This document shows, in pieces, positions 47,554-59,401 of a stretch of 64,000 bases of DNA. The stretch is from assembly GCA_950097015.1 (NCBI GenBank), contig CATNEN010000007.1, forward strand, positions 1 through 64,000. Direction: 5' to 3'. Position 1 is the first letter of the stretch, and each line of letters starts with the position of its first letter. Made by a program: the position numbers and the translations under genes. Source of the DNA: Macrostomum hystrix. Taxonomy: Eukaryota; Animalia; Platyhelminthes. The notes under the pieces were generated by a model that searched no databases, was not told where the DNA came from, and saw only the letters and a list, made by a program, of their open reading frames with translations.

Positions 47554-50500
47554 TTAAGAAGCCTTTGACAAGTGCTGCTGCTGCTGCTGCTTGCTGATGA
47601 GGGCCAGGGGGGCCATGAGGCAGATGGCAGTAACCCGGTGGAAATAAGCCACGAAGGCAAACACCAGAGCCAGGTAGGCCGCAATGAGGCTAGCCAGGAA
47701 CAGGTCAAACAGAGCCGGTTTAACAATGTGCACACTGAGCACAGAGTCCGCTGAGTCGTAGATCACAACCTCCGGCTCCTTCTTGTCCGGCCGAAACGTG
47801 GCCAGCCGGTAGTCTCGCACAAGCGGAGACAGCATGCTCTGCAGGGTCTGCACGTAGGCGTCCGAACGGCGCAAATTGTGATAAGCCCTATGATCGTGCT
47901 CAAGCAGTTGAGCATAGCTGCGCCAGTTCGATTCGGCATCTTCGGCTGAGCCAGCGGAGTCAATGTCAGCGTACACGTGCCGCATCATCTGTTCGTCGGT
48001 GACATTGGCCACCGGATTAAGCAGCAGATCCAGGAGAGACTTAGCCACGGCGCGATAGTTTGAGTCTAGCTGGCGCCAGTCGATCCGACGGTCGAGCAGG
48101 CTGAGCCGGTGCGAGCAGTCTGCGTGGGTGGGGCACTGGCTCAGTGTCAGGCCTGGCAGGCGCTTGATTGAGAATCTCTCGTGCTCCCAGGGCAGCCACT
48201 CGTTAGCCAGGTTAATCTTCTTCTGGCGCAATTGCACCTGTCACATGGAATATTGTTCACAATTGATTCTTAACTATAATTTATAACTGCGTGTGAGATT
48301 CGAACTCGCGGACTGTCTTTTACTTATTTGCAGGAACGGCATGCCGACGAACTAGGCGGGAGTCGCCCATCGCGCCATCTGGACCCCTGAAAACAGCGTG
48401 GAAGGGGCGGCAGCCGGAGTGCCTCTCACCCCAGGCCCGCACACGCACAGAGCTGACCAAACCAGGTGAGGACTTAGATGCCTGAAGGGTTGGGACGAGA
48501 GGACCAAGCCACGCGCGCAGACGGCTGGTCAAACCTCGCCGCTCAGAGCACGCATGGCTGGTGCACACCCGCCCCACCCCCCATACAACGCCTCACACCC
48601 GGCCCAACGCACAAACACAAACACAAACAAGCAGGCATGCAGAAGGCAAGGGTTAAGCTATTTTTAATTAGCTTTGGTTGCACAAAATAAGGTGCATCTC
48701 CGCAAGTCACTACTTCGCAAACCTCCAACTAAGCCCCGAAATAATCGTGACTTGGAGGGAGGAACGAACCAGCGACACTAGCCGCCGACCCACTCACCCC
48801 CTTCGCGGACTGTCACGGTTAGATAACAAAATAAAAATAAAAAAACATAACTAACGCGTTTGCCTCTCGCACTAAAGTCCCTGAACTCGATTCCGCGGCG
48901 AGGCCACATTAACTTGCGCTGCTGCCTCGGAGAGAATTGGCTTGGGGGCTTGTAGCGCAATTTTATAGACCCTTAAAGGGGCCAACCTCCGAGGCCCAGC
49001 AAAAGTGCACTCTGCCTGACGATGAGAAAGTCGGGTCAGATGTACACACCTGTATGTACACCTGGATGTACAGAACATGATGTACCAGTGCCCGGAGCCC
49101 TTCTGAAAATATTATTATTATTATTACGCAACTAACGGGATATAAACTGAAGCTCGCAACATAGTGGGTAATAATGTTATAATAATTTGCAGGTGACACT
49201 AGACCCGCAGCCAGCGAGGAAGAATTTCTGCCTATTTCGCTGACTCCTGAGCACACACGCACACAGATACTGTACGCAGGCATACGCTCACACAAGTGTG
49301 TACATCTGCCCTGACTTTCTCATTGTCAGTCAGCGTACACTCTCACTGTGCCTTGGAGGTTGGCCCTCAAGGGCGTAGATCGCACGACAAGCCCCCAAGC
49401 CTTCTCTCCGCTGCTGCGCCTCAAATAAATGCGGCCCCCAGCCTAGTGGTTAGATTTTTTAATACTCAAATTTGAGACGATGCTCACAGTATCGGGTTGG
49501 TCGGAGTGCCGACGCAATCTCTCGTAGAAGGAGTGCATCAGGCTACCCTCCTTGGGCAGTTTGCTGACGTGCAGATTAACAGCCGGCTGGAGGCCCACGG
49601 ATTCCAGGCACAGGGCCATGGCAACCCGGCTGAGCACAGCCGAATCGGCCGATTCCAGATTCTCTTCAATCCATCGCTTGGTGCCGAAATAGGACAGCTT
49701 GCCGCCGCTGCTGAGAAGGAACAGGACGCTGTACTTCGGCCTGACGCCCGGCATGCTGTAATAATAGGACAGCAGGCGAGCCAGCCGCAGCAATAGCAGC
49801 ATGCCACTGCCGTTGCTGTCAAAGCCGCGGCCGAGGGTCGGCGCGGAGCCGAACCAATCAATGTAGGCCGACATCACTATAGTGCCATCGGCGCTTTGGT
49901 GCCCAGCTGAGCCAGCACCTCCAGCGGCTGCGGCGGCTGCAGCGGCGGCTTCATTGCCGGACGACATTGGCGAAGCTGGCTGAGGATGCAGAAATCCGTG
50001 CATAGCAACAAACTCTAGGCTGTCAATCGGTTTGCTCTGGGCAGCCCTAGCAGCCAAATGGTAGGTATTGCCCAGCACGGAATTAACTATTAGACGAATT
50101 GGCGAATTGAAATCGTTCGACTGATCAATGCGACGCATGTCATCGAAGACTCGACCGAAATCTGGCGTCTCCACTAGGAAGTAGACAGGAATCGGGACAT
50201 TGTCGCCCCACAGATCCTGTTAGGTTGGGAATTACAAGTTCGAAGTGAAATCTTTGCCGTTCTGTTTCTTAGAATTCAAGCTTTTATTATAACAAAAATG
50301 GAATTTATTTTCTCACCTGCTCCAGCGAGTGCAGCGCAGTACGCACTTCGTCCGTCTCGGCCCCGGCCGCGGCGGAGGAGCTGTTCAGCAGCTCCGGTGG
50401 CAGCAGGATCAGAATAGCGCCGACATTGTCCTGGACTAGGCGCCTGATTACTGCGCCAGACAGCTCCTGCGGGTGGGGCGGATGCGTGAGATCCCGAAAT

Positions 50501-52543
50501 GAGGATCTGCGAATGCCGAAATCTCAAAATCAAAGACCTGATAATTTAATTAGTACTCCCAACTTTAGGATCTGGGAACGTCTTAATCCCAATAAAAGGG
50601 TCTAAGAGTAGGGTTATCCCAACTTGAGGATCTGGGAACGTCTTAATCCCAATAAAAGGGTCTAAGAGCAGGGTTATCCCAACTTGAGGATCTGGGAATG
50701 TCTTAATCCCAATAAAAGGGTCTAAGAGTAGGGCCTCAATGCCCAACTTGAGGATCTGGGAACGTCTTAATCCCAATAAAAGGGTCTAGTAGTAGGGTTA
50801 TCCCAACTTGAGGATCTGGGAACGTCTTAATCCCAATAAAAGGGTCTAAGAGTAGGGTTATCCCAACTTGAGGATCTGGGAATGTCTTAATCCCAATAAA
50901 AGGGTCTAAGAGTAGGGTTATCCCAACTTGAGGATCTGGGAATGTCTTAATCCCAATAAAAGGGTCTAAGAGTAGGGCCTCAATGCCCAACTTGAGGATC
51001 TGGGAACGTCTTAATCCCAATAAAAGGGTCTAGTAGTAGGGTTATCCCAACTTGAGGATCTGGGAACGTCTTAATCCCAATAAAAGGGTCTAGTAGTAGG
51101 GTTATCCCAACTTGAGGATCTGGGAACGTCTTAATCCCAATAAAAGGGTCTAAGAGTAGGGTTATCCCAACTTGAGGATCTGGGAATGTCTTAATCCCAA
51201 TAAAAGGGTCTAAGAGTAGGGCCTCAATGCCCAACTTGAGGATCTGGGAACGTCTTAATCCCAATAAAAGGGTCTAGTAGTAGGGTTATCCCAACTTGAG
51301 GATCTGGGAACGTCTTAATCCCAATAAAAGGGTCTAAGAGTAGGGTTATCCCAACTTGAGGATCTGGGAATGTCTTAATCCCAATAAAAGGGTCTAAGAG
51401 TAGGGCCTCAATGCCCAACTTGAGGATCTGGGAATGTCTTAATCCCAATAAAAGGGTCTAAGAGTAGGGCCTCAATGCCCAACTTGAGGATCTGGGAACG
51501 TCTTAATCCAAATAAAAGGGTCTAGTAGTAGGGTTATCCCAACTTGAGGATCTGGGAACGTCTTAATCCCAATAAAAGGGTCTAAGAGTAGGGTTATCCC
51601 AACTTGAGGATCTGGGAATGTCTTAATCCCAATAAAAGGGTCTAAGAGTAGGGCCTCAATGCCCAACTTGAGGATCTGGGAATGTCTTAATCCCAATAAA
51701 AGGGTCTAAGAGTAGGGCCTCAATGCCCAACTTGAGGATCTGGGAACGTCTTAATCCCAATAAAAGGGTCTAGTAGTAGGGTTATCCCAACTTTAGGATC
51801 TGGGAACGTCTTAATCCCAATAAAAGGGTCTAAGAGTAGGGTTATCCCAACTTGAGGATCTGGGAACGTCTTAATCCCAATAAAAGGGTCTAATAGTAGG
51901 GTTATCCCAACTTGAGGATCTGGGAATGTCTTAATCCCAATAAAAGTGTCTAATAGTAGGGTTATCCCAACTTTAGGATCTGGGAACGTCTTAATCCCAA
52001 TAAAAGGGTCTAAGAGTAGGGTTATCCCAACTTGAGGATCTGGGAATGTCTTAATCCCAATAAAAGGGTCTAAGAGTAGGGTTATCCCAACTTGAGGATC
52101 TGGGAATGTCTTAATCCCAATAAAAGGGTCTAAGAGTAGGGCCTCAATGCCCAACTTGAGGATCTGGGAATGTCTTAATCCCAATAAAAGGGTCTAAGAG
52201 TAGGGCCTCAATGCCCAACTTGAGGATCTGGGAACGTCTGAATCCCAATATAGACTCCAAAAGGTAGTTAATCCAACCTATATTTTTCGGTTCGTAAAAT
52301 GAGATAGTCTATTCTAACCAGAGGATCCGTGATTATTGATAAGATTGATAATAAAACGCTTATCAAAGCTAGATACTGTGGCACGTCTCACCTGAACCCT
52401 AGCCACCACGCATTTTCTATTCAACTGTCCCGAGCCTATAGTCCTAGCTTCAAAGTTGAGTAGGGCGCTGCGACTTCCATAGCGGGAGCCAAACATGTCG
52501 AACTGGTGCAGACGGTAGATGGGCACATCGGAAACTGTAGCCA

Positions 52544-52577
<34 letters not shown>

Positions 52578-52712
52578 AGTGGCAGCTTCCTGACCGGCCA
52601 GTTGGCAGCGAGTGGGCGCCACCAGCAGCACAATCGATAGCAGGCAGATGAGCGAAGCTGGCGTGAAACTGCGAGCCAGGTCTTCGCAGAGATTTGCCAA
52701 GTCGTGAATCAT
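47554..52712 (-). CDS. NCLN: Nicalin (inactive M28-like ER translocon component), 627 aa
   Basis: Exons 52712-52392, 50466-50317, 50216-49488, 48237-47554; 1884 nt open. Motifs YRLHQFD...YGSR, GFDSNGSG, LFLLSSGGKLSYFGTKRW, QKKINLA...WEHERFS, VKPALFDLFL followed by a TM helix. Confidence 0.95.
48852..49126 (+). mobile_element. SINE family A copy (5'-truncated) in nicalin intron 3
   Basis: Matches 3070-3290 and ends in (ATT)n. Confidence 0.8.
49170..49440 (-). mobile_element. SINE family A copy, inverted relative to 48852-49126
   Basis: The reverse complement matches 3120-3400. Confidence 0.8.
50553..52245. repeat. 60-bp minisatellite with a 64-bp variant in nicalin intron 1; 244/248-bp higher-order period
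   Basis: Unit GGGTTATCCCAACTTGAGGATCTGGGAACGTCTTAATCCCAATAAAAGGGTCTAAGAGTA, ~28 copies. Confidence 0.97.
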
Positions 52713-52840
52713 TATTGCTTTGCTTTTTGCACTGCTTAGATAGACTGTGTGGAACTGTTATGGAACTGGAAATGTGCATAAAAAGTCGAAAGTCTCAACT
52801 TGAGGATCTGGGATTTTAAGTCTTGTGCTTTGTGAAAAAT

Positions 52841-53104
52841 ATGTAATTATGTATGCATGTATGTATGTACATTATGTAAGATGAATATGTAATTATGTAT
52901 GCATGTATGTACATTATGTAAGATGAATATGTAATTATGTATGCATGTATGTACATTATGTAAGATGAATATGCAATTATGTATGCATGCATGTATGTAC
53001 ATTATGTAAGATGAATATGTAACTATGTATGCATGTATGTACATTATGTAAGATGAATATGCAATTATGTATGCATGTATGTACATTATGTAAGATGAAT
53101 ATGT
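52841..53104. repeat. 42-bp AT-rich repeat just upstream of the nicalin ATG, ~6 units
   Basis: Unit ATGTAATTATGTATGCATGTATGTACATTATGTAAGATGAAT. Confidence 0.92.
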
Positions 53105-54744
53105 ACTTATCAGCTTTTTCAGCTTTTTGATGGAAAAAAATTAAATACATGATTTCAATTTTTTGACAGACACTTTGCACAAAAATGCTGCCAAATCGAC
53201 AGTGTTTTATTTTATAGCAAAAATAGATCAAAGGGGACAAGGCCCTGCCCATTCTCATTCTGGACAAGCAGTCTATAAACCCCATTCTCCCTTTCAGTGT
53301 CATCGTGTTGATTTATTTACCAGGACAAGATAATCTACAAAAAATTGTCAAGCAGCAGCCACCCTTTTGTTGCTGTTTCTGACACCCCCAATTTTGTCTA
53401 ACCTCCTATTTACAATAATCATAAATAAAACAGGAGAGCCTAGCTAACCCTGCTGGGTAATAAGATTGCTTGTTTGGTTTATGATGGCTATAAATGACAT
53501 ATTGGTGCATTACTTAATGGGGCAAGAGTAGTGAGGCCACATAAAGCCCCACACTTACAGTTTATTCAACATATTGTATGTCCAACATGTGAAATACTTA
53601 ACAAAATTTATTTTTAACAAAAACATACCCTAGTCAAGAAGGTGACACATAGACACATAGTGCATCTTAAATTTGTGCCTCTAAAATATTTTTTCAAGAT
53701 ACTGAATGTTTTGGTGAGAACCTTGCATTATCAGCACATGTAGAAGATAATGACAACTGTCAAATTTCATTCAAATTGAATATATACAATAAGATAACAT
53801 TGTGATTTTTTCAAAAGTGCACTTTTTATAAACTTTAATCATAACTAATTTTCTCTTTTCATGTAGAAATTATACTTATGCTCAAATTTACTTTTGGCAC
53901 AAATTTTGGTGCAAATGAAATTTTGTACATATGCTCTTTTTGGTACACACAATCTTTTAGGCAACATTGTCATATGGCACATGGCATAGAACCAAAAAAC
54001 TGATAGATAGGTTTTGTTTTAGTGCAAAAGCTACACCTTCCTGACTATGGCCAATATATAGACAATTTTCTTGCATACTAGCGCACAGTTTGGAGGACAA
54101 GATGTCAATTCGCTAAGTTGAGCATCTGGCATGCATGTCACACAAAGTGCACTCTGGGTTTGTGCCAGCTTGTGTTTATTTGCCAGTATAGGCCAATGAG
54201 TACTGAAATTTTTAAACTTAATTACAACCTTGACTAGGCCTTTGGTTTCTGTACTTAGGAAAACTTATTTTGGGTCAACAACTACAACATAACAAATTAT
54301 CATCACTTTCCTTTACCAAAAACTAAGAGATGCCAGGGTAAAGATAGACTAAAAATGCTGAATTTGGACTTTTTCAAGCCATTCATACTCATTTATTTTT
54401 TGTGTATAAAAACTGAATAGTTAGAAATTAGAATGACAAAGTAATTGCAAAAAATACAATGATGGAGGCTGATCAGCTTTAGCTAGTCTTAGAAAATTCC
54501 TGATGCTCAATCATTTGTTGATTTTTTTTCTAATTATGTTTACAAAGCATGATACATCTTTATGCTTTGTAAGGGATTCAGGTATTTAGTAACAGTTTAA
54601 TGAATTCCATAAATATGTTAAAGATTTTTTAGTAGGCCAAGTCATGTCACTTTATGTGGCTGTGCTAGCTTTCTATCAAACTAAACAGGCAATCATATCA
54701 TTCATCATGTAGCTAGTCAGTCCATGGGCAGTCTTAAGTATAAA

Positions 54745-54935
54745 TGTTTCTCATTGTTAGGCAGTGTACATTTCATTGTGCCTTGGAGGTTGGCCTTCAA
54801 GGGCATAGATTGCATGACAAGCCCGCAAGCCTTATCTCCACAGCTGCGCCCCAAATAAATGTGGCTTAGCCATGGAATTGAACTTAGGGACCATGGTGCG
54901 AGAGGTAAATGCAATAACCACTCTGCCACCGACCT
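54745..54935 (-). mobile_element. SINE family A, older 3'-truncated copy
   Basis: GTGCCTTGGAGGTTGGCC...CATGACAAGCCC...GGAATTGAACTTAGGGACC...GCGAGAGG is the reverse complement of the head and body at 3050-3240. Confidence 0.75.
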
Positions 54936-55251
54936 ACCTAGCCATACATGATAGTTACAAATATTAGGGTCAGTAAAAACATAAAAAATGACTACAATGG
55001 ACCACAATAGACTACAGTGGGACCAAAGCATTAGTTCCATATGCTTAAGTTTTATACTATGCCTTAAAGAGCAACTGATCTGTAATTAAAAATCTTTAAA
55101 TTATAACAAATAAATACAATTTCAGAAAAATGAAATTATTAGAATTCAAATAGCAGCAAGCTAGGCCTAGGGGGCCTATAGTTTTTCACTCCCAGAGCAT
55201 CTTAGAGTTGGGACACTTTTAATAAGTTTTTTGTGTACATCTGTTTTCATA

Positions 55252-55534
55252 CATGCGCAACCTCCCAAATCTTAGCTGGCCGTGCAACTTAGTTTTTGCT
55301 CTATTTATGACTTAGTTTGCTCTCATTTGCAACTTAGTTCGTTTCATTGATTAATTTATGACTTAGTTTGCTCTCTTTTTCTCTCCCTTTTTTCCTTTTC
55401 TTCACACTTTCCTTTTTTGTCCCTTGGTCTCCCTTTGATTTTTTTGCGCTTGGTTGATTGGTTTTTGCAACTTACCTTGCTTGGCCCTTGTTTTACCTGG
55501 CTGGTTCGGCCGGGTTGGCCGGGTGTTGCGCATG
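55252..55534. mobile_element. Putative MITE with CATGCGCAAC terminal inverted repeats and TA target duplication
   Basis: ATACATGCGCAAC (55249-55261) and GTTGCGCATGTAT (55525-55537) are perfect reverse complements. The non-coding interior has GACTTAGTTTGCTCTC subrepeats. Confidence 0.6.
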
Positions 55535-57714
55535 TATGTCTGTTTTTATTATACAGTTCTCATTTTGCTCACTATGCTAAGGTAATTTTGCTAGGGTAAA
55601 AGTTTACTAGGGTAAAAGTCTATGGCAAATATTAGCCACCAATATTTTGATAATCTCAGGGACAATATTTTTGTCTTAGTCTTGTTTTGAAAATAATAAA
55701 TAAGTTTAATAACTAAAATATAAGCCAAAAAAATATGAACTTGTACAACTTTCACCAAGTAAATTATAAAGCAACACAGTTTTCATTTTTAAGACTTCAG
55801 AATAACAACTAGACATCAGCAGCTCTTAAGGCCTTAATATAAACTAAAAGATTGCAGCTCCAAAAAGTTCAAGATATTCTATTTGGACTAATTTCCAAAT
55901 TTCCAACCTGAAAACAAGCCATCAGCAACGTAAGTGGCATTGGCATATGGTGACTGTCTGTCATTGGGAAATAACATAAGAAGCCAATCAACACAGCAAT
56001 ATCTGAACAACTAAAGACTCTAACCACTTGAAAGCTTGAAATTGTTAATTTAATGGGAGATGAGTTAAAAAAAAATTGTGCCTATTTGTGTTAACTAGTA
56101 GGCCTATTAGCATTGATTAGGAATTAATTCAAAATTTAATTTCACTCTGTAGACTGTAGTTAGCCTTCTTAATCTGAATACTGATAGTGAATTCGGAGGT
56201 TCGATCCTCATCTTCGTGTGGTGTGATGACGTAGATTAGCGAGCATTATAATTATTGTCGTTCTGTTCGGATGGAAAACTGACCATGTCGTCGGTTGCAG
56301 CGGGAAAATAAGCTGATTAACGTAACTAGAGATTGGATAATAATATTAAAAAGCTTTATATAGTGGAATAGGCTTACTAAAAGTCAAGCTTCGTTGATTC
56401 AAAGCTCTGTGGTTCTCTAATTTCTTTCTAGTATTTTAACAATAGACACAATCACACTCAACTACACAACAAGAGAGCCATGTAAGGGAGAGATCTTGGT
56501 CCGAATAACAAAATAAGTCGCAGCAGCAGTAACTAAAAATTAATTGGCAATTAATTAAAACAAGAGACACTCTCTCAAAGGTGTGCGCATGCAGTTAGCC
56601 TACCTAATAGTGTTTGCTCTATCTAATTTAGTTATAGACAAATTAAAAGTAAATAATAAAAATGACGCTACAGAAAGCGAATTCCATAAACAACCCGCAA
56701 AATGACACAAAAGTTCCGATTCAACTGACTGTAAAAATTTCTGTTAACATGTTACATAATACAATATAATGGTACCAACAACATTGCAAGGTCACTATAT
56801 TATTACGAATAAAAAGCTGCTAGGCCTAATGCTAAATCCAAAATGTTTTTTTTTCGACGAGTCAGTCAGTCAGTTAGTTTTCCCTCTTTAAAAATCAAGC
56901 TTAGCAGAAGACAAAATGATGAGCCAAAAGCCTGATGTAACTAATTTTAGCTACCAAGCCCGTCACCAATCATGCGCTTTTTAACCTGATTGAGTGGTGC
57001 ATCCTAGTAGCGAAATACGAAGCAAACAAAACTTGCATCACCAAAATGTAAAAAAATCGTATTGTAACTTTCAGCTGGTTATCGAGCAATATTTGTCTAG
57101 GAACATATACTACATAACATTTATGTCTTGGTGAATAAAGACAAGGAATATTGTTATCGACTCATCATAAACTATCCATTAAGTTCTCGATACAGACTGG
57201 CTTCAAGGACGATATTAGTAGTTAGTAGTAGTGCAGTTCAGTAGTAGTACTTGGTATAGTTGAATAGTTAGTAGATGGGAACACAAAGACACTTTCTTTG
57301 TCTTAGTCAGTCTATTATTTAATCAACTATAAATATAGCGAAATCATAATGCTCTTGCATACACATTACTGCATGCTTACTTAGATTTGTCTGCATCTAT
57401 CAATCATGACAGGGAAACCTTATAAGCATGCTATTGATGTTAGCTTATTTCAAGCTTGTGTACCACTAAGGGCATGTAAAATGCTTGCCTAGGCCTAATC
57501 GACACAAAATAGAGAAAACGAAATAATTCATTAAAATTTGGGCTTTTGTGATGCCTTCCTCAGAATTTATTTAGTTCAAATTAGACAACGTGTGGATGCC
57601 ATGATGAAATAATTAAGATCAAAAGCAAGTAGAACGTTTGAAGAATTGTCATTCTGTCGGCAGTCAAACAGAAAGTCTTCCACTACCTTTTAACCCTTTC
57701 AATATTAGTAATTT

Positions 57715-58180
57715 TCACTCATCATCTTCATCCTCCTCATCGTCGTCGTCATCATCCTCATCCTCCTCCTCATCATCGTCGTCATCATCCTCATCCTCCT
57801 CATCATCGTCGTCATCATCCTCATCCTCCTCATCATCGTCGTCATCATCCTCATCCTCCTCATCATCATCGTCGTCATCATCCTCATCCTCCTCATCATC
57901 GTCGTCATCATCCTCATCCTCCTCATCATCATCGTCTTCATCATCTTCATCCTCCTCCTCATCGTCGTCGTCATCATCCTCATCCTCCTCATCGTCGTCG
58001 TCGTCATCTTCATCCTCCTCCTCATCGTCATCATCATCATCCTCATCCTCCTCATCATCGTCGTCATCATCCTCATCCTCCTCATCATCATCGTCGTCGT
58101 CATCCTCATCCTCCTCATCGTCATCGTCATCATCTTCATCCTCCTCCTCATCGTCGTCGTCTTCGGCTTCTCGTTCGTCC

Positions 58181-58215
<35 letters not shown>

Positions 58216-59291
58216 CTCATCATCATCATCATCATCCTCATCCTCCTCATCATCGTCTTCATCATCTTCATCCTCCTCCTCATCGTCGTCGTCATCATCC
58301 TCATCCTCCTCATCGTCGTCGTCGTCATCTTCATCCTCCTCCTCATCGTCATCATCATCATCCTCATCCTCCTCATCATCGTCGTCATCATCCTCATCCT
58401 CCTCATCATCGTCGTCATCATCCTCATCCTCCTCCTCATCATCGTCGTCGTCATCCTCATCCTCCTCATCGTCATCGTCATCATCTTCATCCTCCTCATC
58501 ATCATCGTCGTCATCATCCTCATCCTCCTCCTCATCATCGTCGTCGTCATCTTCATCCTCCTCATCATCATCGTCGTCATCATCCTCATCCTCCTCATCA
58601 TCATCGTCGTCATCATCCTCATCCTCCTCCTCATCGTCGTCGTCGTCATCCTCATCCTCCTCATCATCGTCGTCATCGTCGTCATCATCCTCATCCTCCT
58701 CATTATCATCGTCGTCATCATCCTCATCCTCCTCATCATCATCGTCGTCATCATCCTCATCCTCCTCCTCATCGTCGTCGTCGTCATCCTCATCCTCCTC
58801 ATCGTCGTCATCCTCGTCATCTTCTTCTTCTCGTTCGTCCTCGTCATCATCTTCATCCGCATCAGCTTCCCTGTCATCCTCGTCTTCGTCGGCGTCCCTG
58901 TCGTCCTCGTCGTCATTTGCGTCTGAATCGCGCGCCATCGCCTCCTCTTCGTCGTCGCTATCGTCACCCGCCGACCGCATCAGAGGAGCATCGTCGGTTT
59001 CCCGCTTGGAACTTAGAGCAGTCTCGGGCCTTTGGCCTTGGGGCAGCTGTCATGATGAATCAGGTAATAGGATGAAGGAGTAAATTTACACAAGACCACT
59101 ACACATGCATCTCAACTCTGATCTGATCTCATTGGTTCAAACGCTATAATGCCTCGGTTTGACCTCCATGCCATCACTCGCAATCGTATTATTTGAAAAT
59201 AAAAGTATGACAAATCAAAGTCTTGAGCATGAAAATAACTCACCGCCGAAGCGACCGCAATGGCCAGTAGCAGCAGAAGTAGAAGCCTCAT
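57715..59291 (-). CDS. Secreted, extremely acidic Asp/Glu-rich protein (459 aa)
   Basis: Exon 1 59291-59244 = MRLLLLLLLAIAVASA then GTGAGT. Exon 2 59046-57715 after a GACAG acceptor, in frame: LPQGQRPETALSSKRETDD... then ~400 mostly D/E residues. TATATAAA at ~59394-59401, AATAAA at 57571-57566. Confidence 0.85.
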
Positions 59292-59364
59292 AGTGCAAAC
59301 GTGTCGCTAAACTTGAAAATTATCTGTTGCTCAGAAGTGAACTCAGAAGGTCCAGAATTCTTGG

Positions 59365-59401
59365 TTGTTCCCTGACCAGACTTGACAGTCGAGTTTATAT
59401 A
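59365..59401 (-). promoter_or_regulatory. TATA-containing core promoter of the acidic protein gene
   Basis: The minus strand reads GCCTATATAAACTCG about 100 nt upstream of the ATG, with no intervening ATG. Confidence 0.6.

Noticed and set aside
48320-48600. GC-rich stretch in nicalin intron 3 faintly resembling an RTE-LINE C-terminus
   Set aside because: Too degraded to support; no continuous motif.
57638-59083. 481-aa poly-Ser ORF on the plus strand and the Met/Arg/Thr ORF 57705-58967
   Set aside because: Antisense and alternative-frame shadows of the acidic gene; only the D/E frame connects to a signal-peptide exon, TATA and poly(A) site.
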